Source of the DNA: the human T2T-CHM13v2.0 reference genome, Homo sapiens
Assembly: GCF_009914755.1 (NCBI RefSeq)
Contig: NC_060944.1
Length of the DNA stretch: 64,000 nucleotides
Reading direction: 5' to 3' (one strand)
Shown here: positions 1 through 12,647 of the stretch, piece by piece
Position numbering within the stretch: position 1 is the stretch's first letter
How the letters are laid out: the number at the start of each line of letters is the position of its first letter
Made by a program: the position numbers and the translations under genes
Notes under the pieces: model-generated
What the model saw: the letters and a program-made list of their open reading frames with translations, nothing else
Told to the model about the DNA's origin: nothing
Databases searched by the model: none

Positions 1-200
1 GGAAGTGTCCATTCGGAGCGCATTCAGGCTTGTGTTGAAAAAGGAAATATCCTCCCATAAAAACTAGACAGAAGCATTCTCAGAAACTTATCTGTGATGT
101 ATGTACTCAACTAACAGAACTAAACCATCGTTTTGAAGGAGCAGTTTTGAAACACTCTTTTTGCGGAATCTGCAAGTGGATATTTGGCTAGCTGGGAGGA

Positions 201-217
201 TTTCGTTGGAAACGGGA
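201..217 (+). promoter_or_regulatory. CENP-B box, m1 (representative; recurs per HOR)
   Basis: tttcgttggaaacggga is an exact match to YTTCGTTGGAARCGGGA. Confidence 0.97.
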
Positions 218-367
218 TTACATACAAAAAGCAGACAGCAGCATTCTCAGAAACTTCTTTGTGATGTTTGCATTCAAGTCACAGAGTTGAACATTCCCTT
301 TCATAGAGCAGGTTTGAAACACTCTTTTTGTAGTATCTGGATGTGGACATTTGGATCGCTTTCAGGC

Positions 368-384
368 CTATGGTGAAAAAGGAA
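368..384 (+). promoter_or_regulatory. pJalpha (A-box) motif, m2 (representative of even-numbered monomers)
   Basis: ctatggtgaaaaaggaa lies at the same monomer offset (126) as the CENP-B box in B-type monomers. Confidence 0.85.
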
Positions 385-538
385 ATATCTTCCCATGAAA
401 ACTAGACAGAAGCATTCTCAGAAACTTATTTGTGATGTGTGCCCTCAACTGACAGTGTTGAACCTTTGTTTTGATAGAGCAGTTCTGAAACACACTTTTT
501 GTAATATCTGCAAGAGGATATTTGGATAGCTTTGAGGA

Positions 539-555
539 TTTCGTTGGAAACGGGA
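539..555 (+). promoter_or_regulatory. CENP-B box, m3
   Basis: tttcgttggaaacggga, exact match. Confidence 0.96.
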
Positions 556-880
556 ATGTCTTCATGTAAACTCTAGACAGAAGCATTCTCAGAAACTGCT
601 TTGGGATGTTTCAATTGAAGTCCCAGTGTTGAACATTCCCTTTCATAGAGCAGGTTTGAAACACTCTTTTTGTACTATCTGGAAGTGGACATTTGGAGCG
701 CTTTCAGGTCTACGGTGAAAAAGGAGATATCTTCCAATAAAAACTAGATAGAAGCAATGTCAGAACTTTTTTCATGATGTATCTACTCAGCAAACAGAGT
801 TGAACCTTTCTTTTGAGAGAGCAGTTTTGAAACACTCTTTTTGTGGAATATGCAAGTGGGTATTAGGCCAGCTTGGAGGA

Positions 881-897
881 TTTCGTTGGAAACGGGA
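881..897 (+). promoter_or_regulatory. CENP-B box, m5
   Basis: tttcgttggaaacggga, exact match. Confidence 0.96.
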
Positions 898-1218
898 ATA
901 CGTATAAAAAGCAGACAGCAGCATTGTCAGAAACTACTTTGTGATGTTTGCATTCAAGTCACAGAATTGAACACTCCCTTTCACAGAGCAGGTTTGAAAC
1001 ACTCTTTTTGTAGTGTCTGTAAGTGAACATTTGGATTGCTTTCAGGCCTAAGGTGAAAAAGGATATATCTTCCCATAAAAACTAGACAGAAGCATTCTCA
1101 GAAACTTGTTTGTGATGTGTGCCCTCTACTGACAGAGTTGAACCTTTCTTTGTAAAGAGCAGTTTTGAAACACTCTTTTTGTAGAATCTGCAAGAGGATA
1201 TTTGGATAGCTTTGAGGA

Positions 1219-1235
1219 TTTCTTGGGAAACGGGA
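1219..1235 (+). promoter_or_regulatory. Degenerate, predicted non-binding CENP-B box, m7
   Basis: tttcttgggaaacggga has core TTCG changed to TTCT; the same form occurs in every m7 read. Confidence 0.9.
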
Positions 1236-1560
1236 ATGTCTTCAGATAAACTCTAGACAGAAGCATTCTCAGAAACTTCGTTGGGATGTTTCAATGGAAG
1301 TCACAGTGTTGAACATTCCCTTTCACAGAGCAGGTTTGAAACACTCTTTTTGTAGTGTCTATAAGTGAACATTTGGCGTGCTTTCAGGCCTAACGTGAAA
1401 AAGGAAATATCTTCCCATAAAAACTAGACAGAAGCATTCTCAGAAACTTGTTCGTGATGTGTGCCCTCTACTGACAGAGTTGAACCTTTCTTTGCAAAGA
1501 GCAGCTTTGAAACACTCTTTTTGTAGAATCTGCAAGAGGATATTTGGATAGCTTTGAGGA

Positions 1561-1577
1561 TTTCGTTGGAAACGGGT
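1561..1577 (+). promoter_or_regulatory. CENP-B box, m9 (core intact)
   Basis: tttcgttggaaacgggt retains the nine core bases (TTCG, A, CGGG). Confidence 0.92.
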
Positions 1578-1901
1578 ATGTCTTAAGATAAACTCTAGAC
1601 AGAAGCATTCTCAGAAACTTCTTTGGGATGTTGCATACAAGTCACAGAGTAGAACATTCCCATTCATAGAGCAGATTTGAAACACTCTTTTTGTAGTATC
1701 TGGAAGTGGACATTTGGAGCGCTTTCAGGCCTATGTTGAAAAAGGAAATATCTTCCCATAAAAACTAGACCGAAGCATTCTCAGAAACTTACTTGTGATG
1801 TGTTTGCTCAACTAACAGAATTGAACCATCGTTTTGAAGGAGCAGTTTTGAAACACTGTTTTCGTGGAATCTGCAAGTGGATATTTGGCTAGCTTTGAGG
1901 A

Positions 1902-1918
1902 TTTCGTTGGAAACGGGA
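1902..1918 (+). promoter_or_regulatory. CENP-B box, m11
   Basis: tttcgttggaaacggga, exact match. Confidence 0.96.
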
Positions 1919-2239
1919 TTACATATAAAAAGGAGACAGCAGCATTCTCAGAAACTTCTTTGTGATGTCTGCATTCAAGTCACAGGGTTGAGCATTCCCT
2001 TTCATAGAGCAGGTTGGAAACACTCTTTTTGTAGTATCTGGATGAGGACATTTGGAGCGCTTTCAGGCGTATGGTGAAAAAGGAAATATCTTCCCGTAAA
2101 AACTAGACAGAAGCATTCTCAGAAATTTATTTGTGATGTGTGCCCTCAACTAACAGAGTTGAACCTTTCTTTTGATAGAGCAGTTTTGAAACACTCTTTT
2201 TGTAAAATCTGCAAGAGGATATTTGGATAGCTTTGAGGA

Positions 2240-2256
2240 TTTCGTTGCAAACGGGA
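2240..2256 (+). promoter_or_regulatory. CENP-B box, m13 (core intact, non-core G>C)
   Basis: tttcgttgcaaacggga retains the core. Confidence 0.9.
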
Positions 2257-2581
2257 ATGGCTTCATATAAACTCTAGACAGAAGCATTCTCAGAAACTTC
2301 TTTGGGATGTTTCGATTGAAGTCCCAGTGTTGAACATTCCCTTTTATAGAGCAGGTTGGAAACACTCTTTCTGCATTCCCTGGAAGTGGACATTTGGAGC
2401 GCTTTCAGGACGACGGTGAAAATGGAAATATCTTCCAATAAAATCTAGATAGAAGCAACGTCAGAAACTTTTATGTGATGGATCTACTCAGCTAACAGAG
2501 TTGAACCTTTCTTTTGAGAGAGCAGTTTTGCAACACTCTTTTTGTGGAATATGCAAGTGGATATTAGGGCAGCTTTGAGGA

Positions 2582-2598
2582 TTTCGTTGGAAACGGGA
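2582..2598 (+). promoter_or_regulatory. CENP-B box, m15
   Basis: tttcgttggaaacggga, exact match. Confidence 0.96.
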
Positions 2599-2793
2599 AT
2601 ACATGTAAAAAGCAGACAGCAGCATTCTCAGAAACTTCTTTGTGATGTTTGCATTGAAGTCACAGAGTTGAACATTCCATTTGAGAGAGCAGGATTGAAA
2701 CACGCCTTTTGTCATATCTGGAAGTGTCCATTCGGAGCGCATTCAGGCTTGTGTTGAAAAAGGAAATATCCTCCCATAAAAACTATACAGAAG

Positions 2794-5700
2794 CATTCTC
2801 AGAAACTTATCTGTGATGTATGTACTCAACTAACAGAACTAAACCATCGTTTTGAAGGAGCAGTTTTGAAACACTGTTTTTGCGGAATCTGCAAGTGGAT
2901 ATTTGGCTAGCTGGGAGGATTTCGTTGGAAACGGGATTACATACAAAAAGCAGAGAGCAGCATTCTCAGAAACTTCTTTGTGATGTTTGCATTCAAGTCA
3001 CAGAGTTGAACATTCCCTTTCATAGAGCAGGTTTGAAACACTCTTTTTGTAGTATCTGGATGTGGACATTTGGATCGCTTTCAGGCCTATGGTGAAAAAG
3101 GAAATATCTTCCTATGAAAACTAGACAGAAGCATTCTCAGAAACTTATTTGTGATGTGTGCCCTCAACTGACAGTGTTGAACCTTTGTTTTGATAGAGCA
3201 GTTCTGAAACACACTTTTTGTAATATCTGCAAGAGGATATTTGGATAGCTTTGAGGATTTCGTTGGAAACGGGAATGTCTTCATGTAAACTCTAGACAGA
3301 AGCATTCTCAGAAACTGCTTTGGGATGTTTCAATTGAAGTCCCAGTGTTGAACATTCCCTTTCATAGAGCAGGTTTGAAACACTCTTTTTGTACTATCTG
3401 GAAGTGGACATTTGGAGCGCTTTCAGGTCTACGGTGAAAAAGGAGATATCTTCCAATAAAAACTAGATAGAAGCAATGTCAGAACTTTTTTCATGATGTA
3501 TCTACTCAGCAAACAGAGTTGAACCTTTCTTTTGAGAGAGCAGTTTTGAAACACTCTTTTTGTGGAATATGCAAGTGGGTATTAGGCCAGCTTGGAGGAT
3601 TTCGTTGGAAACGGGAATACGTATAAAAAGCAGACAGCAGCATTGTCAGAAACTACTTTGTGATGTTTGCATTCAAGTCACAGAATTGAACACTCCCTTT
3701 CACAGAGCAGGTTTGAAACACTCTTTTTGTAGTGTCTGTAAGTGAACATTTGGATTGCTTTCAGGCCTAAGGTGAAAAAGGAAATATCTTCCCATAAAAA
3801 CTAGACAGAAGCATTCTCAGAAACTTGTTTGTGATGTGTGCCCTCTACTGACAGAGTTGAACCTTTCTTTGCAAAGAGCAGTTTTGAAACACTCTTTTTG
3901 TAGAATCTGCAAGAGGATATTTGGATAGCTTTGAGGATTTCTTGGGAAACGGGAATGTCTTCAGATAAACTCTAGACAGAAGCATTCTCAGAAACTTCTT
4001 TGGGATGTTTCAATTGAAGTCACAGTGTTGAACATTCCCTTTCACAGAGCAGGTTTGAAACACTCTTTTTGTAGTGTCTATAAGTGAACATTTGGCGTGC
4101 TTTCAGGCCTAACGTGAAAAAGGAAATATCTTCCCATAAAAACTAGACAGAAGCATTCTCAGAAACTTGTTCGTGATGTGTGCCCTCTACTGACAGAGTT
4201 GAACCTTTCTTTGCAAAGAGCAGCTTTGAAACACTCTTTTTGTAGAATCTGCAAGAGGATATTTGGATAGCTTGGAGGATTTCGTTGGAAACGGGTATGT
4301 CTTCAGATAAACTCTAGACAGAAGCATTCTCAGAAACTTCTTTGGGATGTTGCATACAAGTCACAGAGTAGAACATTCCCATTCATAGAGCAGATTTGAA
4401 ACACTCTTTTTGTAGTATCTGGAAGTGGACATTTGGAGCGCTTTCAGGCCTATGTTGAAAAAGGAAATATCTTCCCATAAAAACTAGACCGAAGCATTCT
4501 CAGAAACTTACTTGTGATGTGTTTGCTCAACTAACAGAATTGAACCATCGTTTTGAAGGAGCAGTTTTGAAACACTGTTTTCGTGGAATCTGCAAGTGGA
4601 TATTTGGCTAGCTTTGAGGATTTCGTTGGAAACGGGATTACATATAAAAAGGAGACAGCAGCATTCTCAGAAACTTCTTTGTGATGTCTGCATTCAAGTC
4701 ACAGGGTTGAGCATTCCCTTTCATAGAGCAGGTTGGAAACACTCTTTTTGTAGTATCTGGATGAGGACATTTGGAGCGCTTTCAGGCGTATGGTGAAAAA
4801 GGAAATATCTTCCCGTAAAAACTAGACAGAAGCATTCTCAGAAATTTATTTGTGATGTGTGCCCTCAACTAACAGAGTTGAACCTTTCTTTTGATAGAGC
4901 AGTTTTGAAACACTCTTTTTGTAAAATCTGCAAGAGGATATTTGGATAGCTTTGAGGATTTCGTTGCAAACGGGAATGGCTTCATATAAACTCTAGACAG
5001 AAGCATTCTCAGAAACTTCTTTGGGATGTTTCGATTGAAGTCCCAGTGTTGAACATTCCCTTTTATAGAGCAGGTTGGAAACACTCTTTCTGCATTCCCT
5101 GGAAGTGGACATTTGGAGCGCTTTCAGGACGACGGTGAAAATGGAAATATCTTCCAATAAAATCTAGATAGAAGCAACGTCAGAAACTTTTATGTGATGG
5201 ATCTACTCAGCTAACAGAGTTGAACCTTTCTTTTGAGAGAGCAGTTTTGCAACACTCTTTTTGTGGAATATGCAAGTGGATATTAGGGCAGCTTTGAGGA
5301 TTTCGTTGGAAACGGGAATACATGTAAAAAGCAGACAGCAGCATTCTCAGAAACTTCTTTGTGATGTTTGCATTGAAGTCACAGAGTTGAACATTCCCTT
5401 TGAGAGAGCAGGATTGAAACACGCCTTTTGTCATATCTGGAAGTGTCCATTCGGAGCGCATTCAGGCTTGTGTTGAAAAAGGAAATATCCTCCCATAAAA
5501 ACTATACAGAAGCATTCTCAGAAACTTATCTGTGATGTATGTACTCAACTAACAGAACTAAACCATCGTTTTGAAGGAGCAGTTTTGAAACACTGTTTTT
5601 GCGGAATCTGCAAGTGGATATTTGGCTAGCTGGGAGGATTTCGTTGGAAACGGGATTACATACAAAAAGCAGAGAGCAGCATTCTCAGAAACTTCTTTGT

Positions 5701-8231
5701 GATGTTTGCATTCAAGTCACAGAGTTGAACATTCCCTTTCATAGAGCAGGTTTGAAACACTCTTTTTGTAGTATCTGGATGTGGACATTTGGATCGCTTT
5801 CAGGCCTATGGTGAAAAAGGAAATATCTTCCTATGAAAACTAGACAGAAGCATTCTCAGAAACTTATTTGTGATGTGTGCCCTCAACTGACAGTGTTGAA
5901 CCTTTGTTTTGATAGAGCAGTTCTGAAACACACTTTTTGTAATATCTGCAAGAGGATATTTGGATAGCTTTGAGGATTTCGTTGGAAACGGGAATGTCTT
6001 CATGTAAACTCTAGACAGAAGCATTCTCAGAAACTGCTTTGGGATGTTTCAATTGAAGTCCCAGTGTTGAACATTCCCTTTCATAGAGCAGGTTTGAAAC
6101 ACTCTTTTTGTACTATCTGGAAGTGGACATTTGGAGCGCTTTCAGGTCTACGGTGAAAAAGGAGATATCTTCCAATAAAAACTAGATAGAAGCAATGTCA
6201 GAACTTTTTTCATGATGTATCTACTCAGCAAACAGAGTTGAACCTTTCTTTTGAGAGAGCAGTTTTGAAACACTCTTTTTGTGGAATATGCAAGTGGGTA
6301 TTAGGCCAGCTTGGAGGATTTCGTTGGAAACGGGAATACGTATAAAAAGCAGACAGCAGCATTGTCAGAAACTACTTTGTGATGTTTGCATTCAAGTCAC
6401 AGAATTGAACACTCCCTTTCACAGAGCAGGTTTGAAACACTCTTTTTGTAGTGTCTGTAAGTGAACATTTGGATTGCTTTCAGGCCTAAGGTGAAAAAGG
6501 AAATATCTTCCCATAAAAACTAGACAGAAGCATTCTCAGAAACTTGTTTGTGATGTGTGCCCTCTACTGACAGAGTTGAACCTTTCTTTGCAAAGAGCAG
6601 TTTTGAAACACTCTTTTTGTAGAATCTGCAAGAGGATATTTGGATAGCTTTCAGGATTTCTTGGGAAACGGGAATGTCTTCAGATAAACTCTAGACAGAA
6701 GCATTCTCAGAAACTTCTTTGGGATGTTTCAATTGAAGTCACAGTGTTGAACATTCCCTTTCACAGAGCAGGTTTGAAACACTCTTTTTGTAGTGTCTAT
6801 AAGTGAACATTTGGCGTGCTTTCAGGCCTAACGTGAAAAAGGAAATATCTTCCCATAAAAACTAGACAGAAGCATTCTCAGAAACTTGTTCGTGATGTGT
6901 GCCCTCTACTGACAGAGTTGAACCTTTCTTTGCAAAGAGCAGCTTTGAAACACTCTTTTTGTAGAATCTGCAAGAGGATATTTGGATAGCTTGGAGGATT
7001 TCGTTGGAAACGGGTATGTCTTCAGATAAACTCTAGACAGAAGCATTCTCAGAAACTTCTTTGGGATGTTGCATACAAGTCACAGAGTAGAACATTCCCA
7101 TTCATAGAGCAGATTTGAAACACTCTTTTTGTAGTATCTGGAAGTGGACATTTGGAGCGCTTTCAGGCCTATGTTGAAAAAGGAAATATCTTCCCATAAA
7201 AACTAGACCGAAGCATTCTCAGAAACTTACTTGTGATGTGTTTGCTCAACTAACAGAATTGAACCATCGTTTTGAAGGAGCAGTTTTGAAACACTGTTTT
7301 CGTGGAATCTGCAAGTGGATATTTGGCTAGCTTTGAGGATTTCGTTGGAAACGGGATTACATATAAAAAGGAGACAGCAGCATTCTCAGAAACTTCTTTG
7401 TGATGTCTGCATTCAAGTCACAGGGTTGAGCATTCCCTTTCATAGAGCAGGTTGGAAACACTCTTTTTGTAGTATCTGGATGAGGACATTTGGAGCGCTT
7501 TCAGGCGTATGGTGAAAAAGGAAATATCTTCCCGTAAAAACTAGACAGAAGCATTCTCAGAAGTTTATTTGTGATGTGTGCCCTCAACTAACAGAGTTGA
7601 ACCTTTCTTTTGATAGAGCAGTTTTGAAACACTCTTTTTGTAAAATCTGCAAGAGGATATTTGGATAGCTTTGAGGATTTCGTTGCAAACGGGAATGGCT
7701 TCATATAAACTCTAGACAGAAGCATTCTCAGAAACTTCTTTGGGATGTTTCGATTGAAGTCCCAGTGTTGAACATTCCCTTTTATAGAGCAGGTTGGAAA
7801 CACTCTTTCTGCATTCCCTGGAAGTGGACATTTGGAGCGCTTTCAGGACGACGGTGAAAATGGAAATATCTTCCAATAAAATCTAGATAGAAGCAACGTC
7901 AGAAACTTTTATGTGATGGATCTACTCAGCTAACAGAGTTGAACCTTTCTTTTGAGAGAGCAGTTTTGCAACACTCTTTTTGTGGAATATGCAAGTGGAT
8001 ATTAGGGCAGCTTTGAGGATTTCGTTGGAAACGGGAATACATGTAAAAAGCAGACAGCAGCATTCTCAGAAACTTCTTTGTGATGTTTGCATTGAAGTCA
8101 CAGAGTTGAACATTCCATTTGAGAGAGCAGGATTGAAACACGCCTTTTGTCATATCTGGAAGTGTCCATTCGGAGCGCATTCAGGCTTGTGTTGAAAAAG
8201 GAAATATCCTCCCATAAAAACTATACAGAAG
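2794..8231 (+). repeat. HOR units H2 and H3, two canonical 16-mers (2794-5512, 5513-8231)
   Basis: Spacing is 2,719 bp; the units are near-identical and share the m2 SNP cctatgaaaa. Confidence 0.95.
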
Positions 8232-9928
8232 CATTCTCAGAAACTTATTTGTGATGTATGTACTCAACTAACAGAACTAAACCATCGTTTTGAAGGAGCA
8301 GTTTTGAAACACTGTTTTTGCGGAATCTGCAACTGGATATTTGGCTAGCTGGGAGGATTTCGTTGGAAACGGGATTACATACAAAAAGCAGAGAGCAGCA
8401 TTCTCAGAAACTTCTTTGTGATGTTTGCATTCAAGTCACAGAGTTGAACATTCCCTTTCATAGAGCAGGTTTGAAACACTCTTTTTGTAATATCTGGATG
8501 TGGACATTTGGATCGCTTTCAGGCCTATGGTGAAAAAGGAAATATCTTCCCATGAAAACTAGACAGAAGCATTCTCAGAAACTTATTTGTGATGTGTGCC
8601 CTCAACTGACAGTGTTGAACCTTTGTTTTGATAGAGCAGTTCTGAAACACACTTTTTGTAAAATCTGCAAGAGGATATTTGGATAGCTTTGAGGATTTCG
8701 TTGGAAACGGGAATGTCTTCATGTAAACTCTAGACAGAAGCATTCTCAGAAACTTCTTTGGGATGTTGCATACAAGTCACAGAGTAGAACATTCCCATTC
8801 ATAGAGCAGATTTGAAACACTCTTTTTGTAGTATCTGGAAGTGGACATTTGGAGCGCTTTCAGGCCTATGTTGAAAAAGGAAATATCTTCCCATAAAAAC
8901 TAGATGGAAGCATTCTCAGAAACTTACTTGTGATGTGTTTGCTCAACTAACAGAATTGAACCATCGTTTTGAAGGAGCAGTTTTGAAACACTGTTTTCGT
9001 GGAATCTGCAAGTGGATATTTGGCTAGCTTTGAGGATTTCGTTGGAAACGGGATTACATATAAAAAGGAGACAGCAGCATTCTCAGAAACTTCTTTGTGA
9101 TGTCTGCATTCAAGTCACAGGGTTGAGCATTCCCTTTCATAGAGCAGGTTGGAAACACTCTTTTTGTAGTATCTGGATGAGGACATTTGGAGCGCTTTCA
9201 GGCGTATGGTGAAAAAGGAAATATCTTCCCGTAAAAACTAGACAGAAGCATTCTCAGAAATTTATTTGTGATGTGTGCCCTCAACTAACAGAGTTGAACC
9301 TTTCTTTTGATAGAGCAGTTTTGAAACACTCTTTTTGTAAAATCTGCAAGAGGATATTTGGATAGCTTTGAGGATTTCGTTGCAAACGGGAATGGCTTCA
9401 TATAAACTCTAGACAGAAGCATTCTCAGAAACTTCTTTGGGATGTTTCGATTGAAGTCCCAGTGTTGAACATTCCCTTTTATAGAGCAGGTTGGAAACAC
9501 TCTTTCTGCATTCCCTGGAAGTGGACATTTGGAGCGCTTTCAGGACGACGGTGAAAATGGAAATATCTTCCAATAAAATCTAGATAGAAGCAACGTCAGA
9601 AACTTTTATGTGATGGATCTACTCAGCTAACAGAGTTGAACCTTTCTTTTGAGAGAGCAGTTTTGCAACACTCTTTTTGTGGAATATGCAAGTGGATATT
9701 AGGGCAGCTTTGAGGATTTCGTTGGAAACGGGAATACATGTAAAAAGCAGACAGCAGCATTCTCAGAAACTTCTTTGTGATGTTTGCATTGAAGTCACAG
9801 AGTTGAACATTCCCTTTGAGAGAGCAGGTTTGAAACACGCCTTTTGTCATATCTGGAAGTGTCCATTCGGAGCGCATTCAGGCTTGTGTTGAAAAAGGAA
9901 ATATCCTCCCATAAAAACTATACAGAAG
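8232..9928 (+). repeat. H4, 10-mer variant (m1-m3 + m10-m16), 1,697 bp
   Basis: m3 is followed at 8741 by m10 (gggatgttgcatacaagtcacagagtag); 2719-1022=1697. Confidence 0.93.
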
Positions 9929-12647
9929 CATTCTCAGAAACATATTTGTGATGTATGTACTCAACTAACGGAACTAAACCATCGTTTTGAAGGAGCAGTT
10001 TTGAAACACTGTTTTTGCGGAATCTGCAAGTGGATATTTGGCTAGCTGGGAGGATTTCGTTGGAAACCGGATTACATACAAAAAGCAGAGAGCAGCATTC
10101 TCAGAAACTTCTTTGTGATGTTTGCATTCAAGTCACAGAGTTGAACATTCCCTTTCATAGAGCAGGTTTGAAACACTCTTTTTGTAGTATCTGGATGTGG
10201 ACATTTGGATCGCTTTCAGGCCTATGGTGAAAAAGGAAATATCTTCCCATGAAAACTAGACAGAAGCATTCTCAGAAACTTATTTGTGATGTGTGCCCTC
10301 AACTGACAGTGTTGAACCTTTGTTTTGATAGAGCAGTTCTGAAACACACTTTTTGTAATATCTGCAAGAGGATATTTGGATAGCTTTGAGGATTTCGTTG
10401 GAAACGGGAATGTCTTCATGTAAACTCTAGACAGAAGCATTCTCAGAAACTGCTTTGGGATGTTTCAATTGAAGTCCCAGTGTTGAACATTCCCTTTCAT
10501 AGAGCAGGTTTGAAACACTCTTTTTGTACTATCTGGAAGTGGACATTTGGAGCGCTTTCAGGTCTACGGTGAAAAAGGAGATATCTTCCAATAAAAACTA
10601 GATAGAAGCAATGTCAGAACTTTTTTCATGATGTATCTACTCAGCAAACAGAGTTGAACCTTTCTTTTGAGAGAGCAGTTTTGAAACACTCTTTTTGTGG
10701 AATATGCAAGTGGGTATTAGGCCAGCTTGGAGGATTTCGTTGGAAACGGGAATACGTATAAAAAGCAGACAGCAGCATTGTCAGAAACTACTTTGTGATG
10801 TTTGCATTCAAGTCACAGAATTGAACACTCCCTTTCACAGAGCAGGTTTGAAACACTCTTTTTGTAGTGTCTGTAAGTGAACATTTGGATTGCTTTCAGG
10901 CCTAAGGTGAAAAAGGAAATATCTTCCCATAAAAACTAGACAGAAGCATTCTCAGAAACTTGTTTGTGATGTGTGCCCTCTACTGACAGAGTTGAACCTT
11001 TCTTTGCAAAGAGCAGTTTTGAAACACTCTTTTTGTAGAATCTGCAAGAGGATATTTGGATAGCTTTGAGGATTTCTTGGGAAACGGGAATGTCTTCAGA
11101 TAAACTCTAGACAGAAGCATTCTCAGAAACTTCTTTGGGATGTTTCAATTGAAGTCACAGTGTTGAACATTCCCTTTCACAGAGCAGGTTTGAAACACTC
11201 TTTTTGTAGTGTCTATAAGTGAACATTTGGCGTGCTTTCAGGCCTAACGTGAAAAAGGAAATATCTTCCCATAAAAGCTAGACAGAAGCATTCTCAGAAA
11301 CTTGTTTGTGATGTGTGCCCTCTACTGACAGAGTTGAACCTTTCTTTGCAAAGAGCAGCTTTGAAACACTCTTTTTGTAGAATCTGCAAGAGGATATTTG
11401 GATAGCTTTGAGGATTTCGTTGGAAACGGGTATGTCTTCAGATAAACTCTAGACAGAAGCATTCTCAGAAACTTCTTTGGGATGTTGCATTCAAGTCACA
11501 GAGTAGAACATTCCCATTCATAGAGCAGATTTGAAACACTCTTTTTGTAGTATCTGGAAGTGGACATTTGGAGCGCTTTCAGGCCTAGGTTGAAAAAGGA
11601 AATATCTTCCCATAAAAACTAGACGGAAGCATTCTCAGAAACTTACTTGTGATGTGTTTGCTCAACTAACAGAATTGAACCATCGTTTTGAAGGAGCAGT
11701 TTTGAAACACTGTTTTCGTGGAATCTGCAAGTGGATATTTGGCTAGCTTTGAGGATTTCGTTGGAAACGGGATTACATATAAAAAGGAGACAGCAGCATT
11801 CTCAGAAACTTCTTTGTGATGTCTGCATTCAAGTCACAGAGTTGAGCATTCCCTTTCATAGAGCAGGTTGGAAACACTCTTTTTGTAGTATCTGGATGAG
11901 GACATTTGGAGCGCTTTCAGGCGTATGGTGAAAAAGGAAATATCTTCCCGTAAAAACTAGACAGAAGCATTCTCAGAAATTTATTTGTGATGTGTGCCCT
12001 CAACTAACAGAGTTGAACCTTTCTTTTGATAGAGCAGTTTTGAAACACTCTTTTTGTAAAATCTGCAAGAGGATATTTGGATAGCTTTGAGGATTTCATT
12101 GCAAACGGGAATGGCTTCATATAAACTCTAGACAGAAGCATTCTCAGAAACTTCGTTGGGATGTTTCGATTGAAGTCCCAGTGTTGAACATTCCCTTTTA
12201 TAGAGCAGGTTGGAAACACTCTTTCTGCATTCCCTGGAAGTGGACATTTGGAGCGCTTTCAGGACGACGGTGAAAATGGAAATATCTTCCAATAAAATCT
12301 AGATAGAAGCAACGTCAGAAACTTTTATGTGATGGATCTACTCAGCTAACAGAGTTGAACCTTTCTTTTGAGAGAGCAGTTTTGCAACACTCTTTTTGTG
12401 GAATATGCAAGTGGATATTAGGGCAGCTTTGAGGATTTCGTTGGAAACGGGAATACATGTAAAAAGCAGACAGCAGCATTCTCAGAAACTTCTTTGTGAT
12501 GTTTGCATTGAAGTCACAGAGTTGAACATTCCCTTTGAGAGAGCAGGTTTGAAACACGCTTTTTGTCATATCTGGAAGTGTCCATTCGGAGCGCATTCAG
12601 GCTTGTGTTGAAAAAGGAAATATCCTCCCATAAAAACTAGACAGAAG
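9929..12647 (+). repeat. H5, canonical 16-mer
   Basis: 2,719 bp; the m1 box (10055) and m13 box (12094) are mutated. Confidence 0.93.

Larger units (their letters stand above)
75..2793 (+). repeat. HOR unit H1, canonical 16-mer used as reference (m1-m16)
   Basis: Monomer lengths are 167 for m1, m5, m11 and m15, 170 for m10, and 171 for the other eleven; these sum to 2,719. Confidence 0.97.

Noticed and set aside
735-745. AATAAA motifs (m4, m14) and TATA-like motifs (cgtataaaaa, catataaaaa)
   Set aside because: These are expected in AT-rich satellite and repeat in every unit; sequence alone cannot support promoter or polyadenylation function.
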